Of a DNA stretch of 64,000 nt, positions 9,307 through 16,222 are shown one piece after another. The notes below the pieces were generated by a model, which searched no databases, had not been told where the DNA came from, and saw nothing but the letters and a program-made list of their open reading frames with translations. Numbering within the stretch: the stretch's first letter is position 1; every line of letters starts with the position of its first letter. Source of the DNA: Escherichia coli (GTDB lineage: Bacteria; Pseudomonadota; Gammaproteobacteria; Enterobacterales; Enterobacteriaceae); assembly GCF_016026235.1 (NCBI RefSeq), contig NZ_CP065613.1. One strand, 5' to 3'. A program made the position numbers and the translations under genes.

Positions 9307-9594
9307 ATGCCATCCAGACTGTATAAACAGTTCATCCGTCATCTCGGTGAATCTGAATACATACGAATCCGCATATGGGAAGTGGAGCCTGCTGTATTGG
9401 GTAGCCAGCACAACTACAAATACAGCATGGCTTATGTCGTTGATGGCATGTGTGTGATGCGTTACGACAACGAACGGGGTAAAGGCGATCACAAACACAT
9501 TGGTAGTCAGGAAGTCAGCACCAGCTTTGTCACCATTGAACAACTGCTCGCTGATTTTCTGGCTGACGTTGAATCCATCCGCAGAGGTATCTGA
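9307..9594 (+). CDS. TumE-like (DUF6516) putative toxin, 95 aa
   Basis: KYSMAYVVDGMCVMRYDNERGKGDHKHIG...FVTIEQLLADFLADVESIR matches the DUF6516/TumE pattern (YDNERGKGDH.H) as I recall it. Confidence 0.6.
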   Translation: MPSRLYKQFIRHLGESEYIRIRIWEVEPAVLGSQHNYKYSMAYVVDGMCVMRYDNERGKGDHKHIGSQEVSTSFVTIEQLLADFLADVESIRRGI

Positions 9595-9595
9595 C

Positions 9596-9955
9596 ATGAG
9601 AACCGTAACAATCCGAATCGAGTCAATGGATAATTTCACGGCTGATGTGCTGTCTGCGTTCCAGGAAGCAGCTACCGGAGCAAAAGCAACCAGAGAAAAC
9701 GTTATTTCATTTCCTGACTGGCAAATGATGCATAAGGTACTGACACCAAAACGCATGGACATTCTGATGGCAATGACTGGTGCCGGAGAAATGTCCATCC
9801 GAAAAATTGCAGCCCTGGTTGGACGTGATGTAAAAAGCGTGCATACTGACGTGACCGCACTCATCAGCAACGGTTTACTGGAAAAAAGCGAGCGCGGAAC
9901 GTCATTCCCGTATGACGACATCCACTTTGATTTTACGCTGGGCAAGGCGGCGTAA
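9596..9955 (+). CDS. HTH DNA-binding protein, TumA / COG4190-like putative antitoxin (119 aa)
   Basis: The ATG lies 1 nt after the upstream stop codon. MRTVTIRIESMD...LTPKRMDILMAMTGAGEMSIRKIAALVGRDVKSVHTDVTALISNGLLEK is a winged HTH. Confidence 0.6.
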   Translation: MRTVTIRIESMDNFTADVLSAFQEAATGAKATRENVISFPDWQMMHKVLTPKRMDILMAMTGAGEMSIRKIAALVGRDVKSVHTDVTALISNGLLEKSERGTSFPYDDIHFDFTLGKAA

Positions 9956-9976
9956 TTTTTCGTATATACCGTGCCG

Positions 9977-10153
9977 TCATTCCGGCGGCGCTTCACACTC
10001 CACAAAATCACGCCTGAACAACCACAACGGGCTGAAACATTCGTACGGATAGCCGTCACGCAGGTAAATGACTCGCTGCGTTTCAGACTCCCAGCGTATA
10101 ACGTGGACACGACGCCCCCTTCCGTCACGGAACCAGCGATTGAGGACTTGCAT
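9977..10153 (-). CDS. Small phage protein, DUF4222-like (58 aa, below the ORF-track cutoff)
   Basis: Hand translation gives MQVLNRWFRDGRGRRVHVIRWESETQRVIYLRDGYPYECFSPLWLFRRDFVECEAPPE. It lies directly downstream of the second Rha-type gene. Confidence 0.5.
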   Translation of the reverse strand: MQVLNRWFRDGRGRRVHVIRWESETQRVIYLRDGYPYECFSPLWLFRRDFVECEAPPE

Positions 10154-10172
10154 AAATTACCCGTAAACATTG

Positions 10173-10886
10173 TCACACCTTCCAGCCAGTAGCCTGAAAC
10201 AGGCCCATTCTCGGGTGATACCAGCGGGTACCACGCTGAACGGCACCACACATCATGTGATGAAACGCCTTCAGAAACGGTTCCACAGCAACAATTTCAC
10301 GACGTGCCAGTAATCCATCTGGCGTCAAAAATTCATGAGTGTCTGTCGGGATGTTGTATGCATTTACAAGCGTGCGACATTTCGCATCTGACATACCGGT
10401 TTTTGCTTTCAGCTGGCGATATCCGGCATAGCCCTCTCGAATGGTACCCTTTTTGATTTGCTCAACTGTTTCGGCTACGTGGCTGATTTTTTCTTCCACC
10501 TGAGTGATCCGTTTCTGCTGACGAACAGCCTCGAGCGCCATTGCGGCCACCATTTCGATTTCGCTCATTGGTTTGCGGATCTGTTCTTCCAGTTCGCGCC
10601 AGCGATCTACCAGGCGAGCAGTGAATTCAGGACAGAGCTGTGCGACGACAATGATGCTGTCGCGCTTACCTTGTTCTCCTTCAAACAGGTAATGCTCATA
10701 TTGAACTTTAAAACCTAAGTTATTGATTCTTTCGGAAACCTCAATTTGAGGAGACCGGACAACGCCACCTTTGGCTAATGTTTCAATAGTGCGTTTCACA
10801 TTGTCATGACGCTTACCCACCAGTTCTGCGATCTCAACGCTGGTCATGGATGCTTTGTCGTTAAAAATTGCGGTGTTCACTGCCAT
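10173..10886 (-). CDS. Rha-family regulator / antirepressor-like protein
   Basis: MTSVEIAELVGKRHDNVKRTIETLAKGGV... is a Rha-type N-terminus, followed by a coiled-coil and a KilAC-like C-terminus. The start is uncertain (ATG 10886, GTG 10880 or track start 10922), and AAGGAG lies adjacent. Confidence 0.7.
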   Translation of the reverse strand: MAVNTAIFNDKASMTSVEIAELVGKRHDNVKRTIETLAKGGVVRSPQIEVSERINNLGFKVQYEHYLFEGEQGKRDSIIVVAQLCPEFTARLVDRWRELEEQIRKPMSEIEMVAAMALEAVRQQKRITQVEEKISHVAETVEQIKKGTIREGYAGYRQLKAKTGMSDAKCRTLVNAYNIPTDTHEFLTPDGLLARREIVAVEPFLKAFHHMMCGAVQRGTRWYHPRMGLFQATGWKV

Positions 10887-10999
10887 CTCCTTACGGATAA
10901 ATTCTTTTAAGATTCCGCACATTCGTACTTGTTGGTGCCGAACCTTCCTTCAGTTATCCTTTTGATCCCTATAAACAAAAGAACCAAAGGAGGTTCGAC

Positions 11000-11293
11000 A
11001 TGAAAGTTCAGGCCGTTGGTTTATTCTGGTTTCGCGATGCGATTCAGTATCATGAGCTCAAAAATATTTTTACTGATGCTGATGTGCTCTCCGACAGTTA
11101 CACCGAGTGGAAACACGACGCTGAAAAATTGATTAAGCGTGTCGAAAGAAGCGGGCAACGAGTTATTAAAGTTGAAGCGGATACAGCCGAGTTCATCACC
11201 TGGTGTACAAGCGAAGGCATTGGACTCAATGCCGAAGGTAGAATGCAGTTCGCATCCTTTAAGGCTTACCAACAACTTCTCAGCGAACGCTAA
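11000..11293 (+). CDS. Hypothetical 97-aa protein (moron antisense to the PR operon)
   Basis: Strong RBS in AAAGGAGGTTCGACATG. The composition is protein-like. An 8-bp-stem hairpin at 11300-11324 follows the stop codon. Confidence 0.55.
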   Translation: MKVQAVGLFWFRDAIQYHELKNIFTDADVLSDSYTEWKHDAEKLIKRVERSGQRVIKVEADTAEFITWCTSEGIGLNAEGRMQFASFKAYQQLLSER

Positions 11294-11363
11294 TGTGATT
11301 GGGGCAATCGAAATTGTTGCCCCATCGTATTTAATAGTTATTTTTTCGCTCATATCACCACCA

Positions 11364-11573
11364 TCACTTCTCATCCTCTGTGTGCGCTAAGCTTGGATGT
11401 GTATATGGAATGTTCGGATCCAGATGGCAGAGAATGGCAACATCCTCCGGAACGCCCCGCGTTTTCCACTTTCCAACTCCCTGACTACCACGAGGCTTTC
11501 CTTTCTTTGGGAACCTGCGGCCAATAGCGGCATTGGTTTTAAATTGAGTTTTTAATATTTCATAAAGGGTCAT
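11364..11573 (-). CDS. Cro-like regulator (YdaS/Cro HTH family), 69 aa
   Basis: Divergent from the cI-like gene across a 110-bp operator region. First gene of the rightward (minus-strand) operon. GSQGVGKWKTRGVPEDVAILCHLD resembles the YdaS-type HTH. Confidence 0.65.
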   Translation of the reverse strand: MTLYEILKTQFKTNAAIGRRFPKKGKPRGSQGVGKWKTRGVPEDVAILCHLDPNIPYTHPSLAHTEDEK

Positions 11574-11684
11574 TCTTTAGCCTCACACCGGATACTCTGT
11601 TATCCAAGAATGTTAAACATGAGAATCCAAAGTATCAAGATATTCTGTTACTTTAGTATCAGCAGCCATGAAAGGAGAAGAAAA

Positions 11685-12341
11685 ATGAAATCTTTAGGTG
11701 AACGGCTAATCAACGCACGACAAAAAGCTGGGTTAACGCAAGATGCGTTGGCTAAAAAAGCAGGGGTCACCAGAGTTGCAATCAGTAAAGCCGAGCAAGG
11801 CCTTACAAAAAGTTTCAACGGTGACACCCTTTTTAAAGTCGCAGCTGCACTGCAGTGTTCACCGCAGTGGCTTCAGAACGGAGATGAGAAAGGTAAGCAT
11901 TGGGAAAATAATGTTAAGAGTTGCCCCCAGAGGGACACAGCACACTCTTACCCTGTAATTAACTGGGTTCAGGCAGGATTATTCACAACTGCAGGTGATG
12001 ACTACAACATGTATGATCAGGATAACTGGAGGCATTCTGTAAAATACGCTGGTGAGAGGGGGTTCTGGCTGGAAGTGCACGGAGACTCAATGACTTCGCC
12101 TATAGGAATAACATTTCCTGAAGGAATGTCGATCCTTGTCAACCCAGATAAAGAAGTTTTTTCAGGGTGTTACGTCATTGCCAGAAAAAAATCCACCAAT
12201 GAAGCAACATTCAAAAAATATATTTCTGAAATGGGAAAGGCGTTTCTAAAGCCCCTTAATCCACAATACCCAATCATAGAAATGGACAATGATTGCGAAA
12301 TAGTAGGCGTTGTGGTTGATGCCAGATGGGATATTTTCTGA
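11685..12341 (+). CDS. CI-like prophage repressor (N-terminal Xre HTH + S24 LexA-type autopeptidase)
   Basis: The HTH is LTQDALAKKAGVTRVAISKAEQG. The S24 motifs are a VQAG cleavage-site-like segment, GDSMTSP and FKKY. The RBS is AAAGGAGAAGAAAAATG. Trimmed from the track start at 11610. Confidence 0.85.
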   Translation: MKSLGERLINARQKAGLTQDALAKKAGVTRVAISKAEQGLTKSFNGDTLFKVAAALQCSPQWLQNGDEKGKHWENNVKSCPQRDTAHSYPVINWVQAGLFTTAGDDYNMYDQDNWRHSVKYAGERGFWLEVHGDSMTSPIGITFPEGMSILVNPDKEVFSGCYVIARKKSTNEATFKKYISEMGKAFLKPLNPQYPIIEMDNDCEIVGVVVDARWDIF

Positions 12342-12443
12342 CCAGATACAAAATACAAAAAGAAACCTAAGTATCAAAAACACTTGCAACACCTTGATAC
12401 CTTAGTTACCATAAAACAAAGTTCGTAACTGAGGTATCATCTC

Positions 12444-12893
12444 ATGATCAATAAAGCTACAACTCTTGACTGTCTCGAAGAACTGAAAAACCTCGGCAGC
12501 CTCATTACACTAATAGCAAAAGCAACGGCAGATGCTACGCTCTCTAGCGATATAGAGTCATGCGCAGGACTGGCATGGGATATGACAAATAGCATATCCA
12601 GAAAGCTATCGTCAGCAATGCTTTTACAGAACAAAAATTCTGCAATCAACAACCGCCTTCGCACCCAACGCGAAGCCTGCGGCTTAACAACAGCCGAACT
12701 CGCCAGGCTGCTCGATCTCGATGAAGAAATTATCATCCAGTGGGAGAGCGGAGAGTATGAACCAACTATCAGTATGCTTATCCCACTGGCAAATATTCTT
12801 GGCTGCGATCCGATGTGGCTGTTAACTGGTGAGGTTACTCCTCCGGAGCAACCAAAAAGTGAGGAGCAGCAACACCATGACGCATCTCAATAA
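12444..12893 (+). CDS. Xre-family HTH protein with an 65-aa N-terminal extension
   Basis: The C-terminal half NNRLRTQREACGLTTAELARLLDLDEEIIIQWESGEYEPTISMLIPLANILGCDPMWLLTGE is a canonical HTH_3 domain. Confidence 0.6.
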   Translation: MINKATTLDCLEELKNLGSLITLIAKATADATLSSDIESCAGLAWDMTNSISRKLSSAMLLQNKNSAINNRLRTQREACGLTTAELARLLDLDEEIIIQWESGEYEPTISMLIPLANILGCDPMWLLTGEVTPPEQPKSEEQQHHDASQ

Positions 12894-13095
12894 GTTTGCC
12901 CCTTATCTCGCGAAGCTCTTCTACGGAAGAACCAATACCAATGGTGACATAATCGCCGCTTCGCCCCTCAAGGTACATGCGAACATTTTTATCAATCATT
13001 GCGGAAACAGTCTCAATATGAAAACACTTCTGAGACTCGCTATATAGCAGAACATATAAGTCAGCTGAGGAAGCCATGAAAAAGTTCGAAAACAT
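12835..13095 (-). CDS. Hypothetical 86-aa protein
   Basis: GGAGA lies 6 nt upstream of the ATG at 13095. The composition is protein-like (LYVLLYSESQKCFHIETVSAMIDKN...). It converges on and overlaps the 3' end of 12444-12893. Confidence 0.4.
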   Translation of the reverse strand: MFSNFFMASSADLYVLLYSESQKCFHIETVSAMIDKNVRMYLEGRSGDYVTIGIGSSVEELREIRGKLIEMRHGVAAPHFLVAPEE

Positions 13096-13288
13096 AACTG
13101 TTCTCCATGTTGATGACTTTGATTATACAAACCCGGAACTTCTCCCGGAGGTTGTAAAGGCAATAGATGTTGCCGATATAGTGATTAGAGGAAAGAGAAT
13201 TGTCAAAAACAGGCTCGCATGTACTTCAGGAGCAATGACAGAAACAACCTCACAGCAAGATGATTGGAGCCTGATTCATTTGCGGTAA
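13076..13288 (+). CDS. Hypothetical 70-aa protein
   Basis: GAGGAA RBS upstream of the ATG. Its 5' end overlaps the 5' end of the minus-strand ORF, so one of the two may be spurious. Confidence 0.4.
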   Translation: MKKFENITVLHVDDFDYTNPELLPEVVKAIDVADIVIRGKRIVKNRLACTSGAMTETTSQQDDWSLIHLR

Positions 13289-13503
13289 ATGTTTATCATT
13301 TATTGCATGCAACACAGGTGTTACATACGTCCAGTAATAACGAAACAAAAACACTTGGCAGTGAAATTCTGAATTTTGCATGTGAATATGCAAAAACCGC
13401 TGTTGAAAAAGAATTAGCGCAATAACAACAAATATGCCCTGAACGTTTATTGCGGTTTTATCGCCGGGGATTGTTACAACCTTAATCCACAGGAGGCTTT
13501 ATT

Positions 13504-13617
13504 ATGACTTTTATAAAGAATATGGCATCACACAAGACCGCCAGCCTTATTGCACAATACGGTGAAAATTACATGCATATTGCCTGCTTATTTCTGCGTA
13601 AAGCATACGGGAAATAA
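13504..13617 (+). CDS. Hypothetical 37-aa peptide
   Basis: Strong RBS in CACAGGAGGCTTTATTATG. It ends 3 nt before the next start codon. Hand translated as MTFIKNMASHKTASLIAQYGENYMHIACLFLRKAYGK. Confidence 0.3.
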   Translation: MTFIKNMASHKTASLIAQYGENYMHIACLFLRKAYGK

Positions 13618-13620
13618 CAA

Positions 13621-13980
13621 ATGACACATGAACCCATTAATACATATCGTCGCCGTATAGCTGTTGCGGCACTCCATCGAATAAAACGTAAAACAGGTAG
13701 TGATCTGCTTATTGTTGACCTTCTGGATGGGAACATTACGACCATAGAAATAACAGAACAGTTTATAAACCAGTTGCTGTTGCGCTTTGAAGGTATTACC
13801 CGTGGTGAATTGGGTCGAGTGGAGGGTGAAACAGAAATCCGAACTGCATACCAGAATGCTATCGGGATTAATCAACATACTGAATACCAGGCTGAAACCG
13901 GAAAGTTAATTATAGACAACCTTTTACAAGAGGTTATTGATTACGCGAAAGAAAAATATATCAGCGGAGGAATTAACTGA
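13621..13980 (+). CDS. Hypothetical early-left operon protein (119 aa)
   Basis: ORF with TGATG coupling to the next gene. Not recognised. Confidence 0.5.
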   Translation: MTHEPINTYRRRIAVAALHRIKRKTGSDLLIVDLLDGNITTIEITEQFINQLLLRFEGITRGELGRVEGETEIRTAYQNAIGINQHTEYQAETGKLIIDNLLQEVIDYAKEKYISGGIN

Positions 13981-14195
13981 TGGCTAATTTATCCCCTGTA
14001 TCTGTTGTGCACGAAAAAGTGCAGATCGTTATGACAATTGAAAATGGCCAGGTAACAGATGTCTGCAAAGTCCGCGATGGAGAGCTGATTGCCAGCATGG
14101 ATACATTCATACGGCTGGCAGAAAGAGCGGGGTATCAGATAACAGCACCTGCTCAGGAGGAAACCAGTGACATTAACAGCAACACGAATTCCTGA
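13980..14195 (+). CDS. Hypothetical protein (71 aa)
   Basis: Its start codon overlaps the upstream stop codon. Not recognised. Confidence 0.45.
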   Translation: MANLSPVSVVHEKVQIVMTIENGQVTDVCKVRDGELIASMDTFIRLAERAGYQITAPAQEETSDINSNTNS

Positions 14196-14385
14196 GTGGG
14201 TCCACCAGCAGGCGTTGCTGGTCCTGCGGCGGTACAGATGCCGACGTATATTCCCGCATCGGATACAGCGCAACGGATATCTCAGTCTGAAGGTTAACCG
14301 TCGCTGGCGGCTGTTATCGAAAGACGACGGCCGGAACTGGGAAGTAATGAGTCATGAACGTTATTCGGGGGAAATAAAGAAATGA
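14167..14385 (+). CDS. Hypothetical basic protein (72 aa)
   Basis: ORF with a GTG start that overlaps the previous gene by 29 nt. The start is uncertain. Confidence 0.4.
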   Translation: MTLTATRIPEWVHQQALLVLRRYRCRRIFPHRIQRNGYLSLKVNRRWRLLSKDDGRNWEVMSHERYSGEIKK

Positions 14386-14531
14386 TCGACAACCGCACCG
14401 CCAGCGCCATTGACCAGGCATTACAGAAACATGATACACCCGTCGGCCCGTTATTTTTTGTAACACGCCACGAAAGAACAAAAAATGCCTCACCCGAAAA
14501 ACGGCAATTCGTTACCTGGCATTCTTTATGA
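14382..14531 (+). CDS. Hypothetical 49-aa protein
   Basis: ATGA overlaps at both ends. Hand translated as MIDNRTASAIDQALQKHDTPVGPLFFVTRHERTKNASPEKRQFVTWHSL. Confidence 0.35.
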   Translation: MIDNRTASAIDQALQKHDTPVGPLFFVTRHERTKNASPEKRQFVTWHSL

Positions 14532-14773
14532 CCACCCGCGCTTTTGAACGTTCAGGATTCCGACAACGCCATCCTGACAAGCGTTTTATCTTCAACGGGA
14601 ATGAGATATGGAAACGTGGAGAATCAACCACAGAGTATACCCGCGCACACCAGCGAACAATCAGACGACTGCGCAGACTCATCGCCAGGAAACAGTATAC
14701 AGAAAAATGGTTCAGAAAATATGACACATGGAGCGCCGGATATTACGAACTGATGGCAACAAAACCATTCTGA
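14528..14773 (+). CDS. Hypothetical basic protein (81 aa)
   Basis: ATGA-coupled ORF in the same chain of small genes. Confidence 0.45.
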   Translation: MTTRAFERSGFRQRHPDKRFIFNGNEIWKRGESTTEYTRAHQRTIRRLRRLIARKQYTEKWFRKYDTWSAGYYELMATKPF

Positions 14774-14833
14774 CGTAAACGAAATTAACCATGACGCAAT
14801 TAAATAAGGCAAGCCGAATACATCAGGAGGACC

Positions 14834-15022
14834 ATGAACATTTATTTCAGAATAGTTATATCACTGGCAATTATCGCATGTATTTACGGATTAATCGTTC
14901 CGGCCCTCATATCAATGAAGGATACGGTAGCAGTGATTTCTGGCTTTGCTCTGGCGTGTCTGACCCCGCCCTGCATTTATGCCATTTATAAGGGTCTTTC
15001 TTTCCCCAGGAGGGAAAAATGA
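14834..15022 (+). CDS. Small two-TM membrane protein (62 aa), partner of the SPFH gene
   Basis: RBS in CAGGAGGACCATG. Two hydrophobic helices. ATGA overlap with the downstream SPFH gene. Confidence 0.55.
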   Translation: MNIYFRIVISLAIIACIYGLIVPALISMKDTVAVISGFALACLTPPCIYAIYKGLSFPRREK

Positions 15023-15820
15023 AAAAAACAATTGCGCTTGTTTTCGCGGTCAGTCTGGCTGTCTTCGGACTTGTAGGTTGCGATCGCGTTGAACCAGGTA
15101 ATGTGGGTATCAAAGTCAACAAACTGGGCGACGACAAAGGTGTCGGTGAAGTGGTCGGTGTTGGTCGCTACTGGACTGGCTGGAATACTGAAGTTTACAT
15201 TTTCCCGACCTTCAAGCAAATGAAGACCTACGATGAACCGTTCAGTTTCCAGATGAGTGACGGCACAACCATCGGCTATCACATCGGCGTGGCCTACAAA
15301 GTTGATCCATCCAAAGTTACCACGGTGTTTCAGACTTACCGCAAAGGCGTGGATGACATTACCAACACCGACCTGCGCCAGAAGATCGCCGACGCACTCA
15401 ATCGGCTGGCCAGCAAAATGACCACCGACAAATTTATTGACGGCGGCAAGTCTGAACTACTGGATGCCGCACTTAAAGACATTCAGGAAGAGATGACACC
15501 CATCGGCATTCAGGTAATGAGCCTCTCTTATGTAGGTAAACCGGAATACCCTCCAACCGTTATCGACAGCATTAACGCCAAAGTCACGGCAAACCAGAAA
15601 ACCCTGCAGCGCGAACAGGAAGTCAAGCAACGTGAAGCGGAGGCCAACATGCTACGTGCGGAAGCTGCCGGACAGGCTGATGCCATTCGAACAAAAGCCC
15701 AGGCAGAAGCCGATGCCATTCGTTTACGCGGCGAAGCTCTACGCCAGAACCCAGGCGTCATGGAGCTGGAAGCCATCAACAAGTGGAACGGTACACTGCC
15801 GCAATACATGACCAGTGGTG
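15019..15820 (+). pseudogene. SPFH/band-7 (prohibitin-like) lipoprotein, 3' end cut by IS600
   Basis: The lipobox is LVGC after the signal peptide. An SPFH core is followed by an Ala/Glu-rich coiled coil. IS600 begins at 15821, and the frame then reads through into unrelated sequence after the IS. Confidence 0.75.
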
Positions 15821-15884
15821 TGAGGTAGCCTGAGTTTAACGGACACTCCTTCCTGAAATAGAATGGCATCAGAAGGAGCTAATA

Positions 15885-16187
15885 ATGAGCAGAAAAACCC
15901 AACGTTACTCTAAAGAGTTCAAAGCCGAAGCTGTCAGAACGGTTCTTGAAAATCAACTTTCGATCAGTGAAGGCGCTTCCCGATTATCTCTTCCTGAAGG
16001 CACTTTAGGACAATGGGTTACCGCCGCCAGAAAAGGGCTCGGTACTCCTGGTTCCCGCACGGTGGCTGAACTGGAATCTGAAATTCTGCAACTGCGTAAG
16101 GCGTTAAATGAAGCTCGCCTTGAGCGAGATATATTAAAAAAAGCAACAGCGTATTTTGCACAGGAGTCGCTGAAAAATACGCGTTAA
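15885..16187 (+). CDS. IS600 OrfA
   Basis: Identical to copy 3 OrfA, starting MSRKTQ.... Confidence 0.9.
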   Translation: MSRKTQRYSKEFKAEAVRTVLENQLSISEGASRLSLPEGTLGQWVTAARKGLGTPGSRTVAELESEILQLRKALNEARLERDILKKATAYFAQESLKNTR

Positions 16188-16222
16188 TCGAACAATGGCG
16201 ACAACAATTTCCCATTGAAGCG

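Noticed and set aside
8389-10251. 620-aa minus-strand ORF, the longest ORF in the prophage part
   Set aside because: Only its last 187 codons (8389-8952) encode a recognisable protein (Rha family) with an RBS. The upstream 430 codons have odd composition. They run antisense through two well-supported plus-strand genes (9307-9955) and through intergenic hairpins. The ORF is an open-frame artefact.
11021-11374. 117-aa minus-strand ORF as a cII-like gene
   Set aside because: It overlaps the better-supported plus-strand ORF 11000-11293 almost entirely. It has no convincing RBS, and its sequence has no HTH or cII-like features. It was kept only as an alternative in the related finding.
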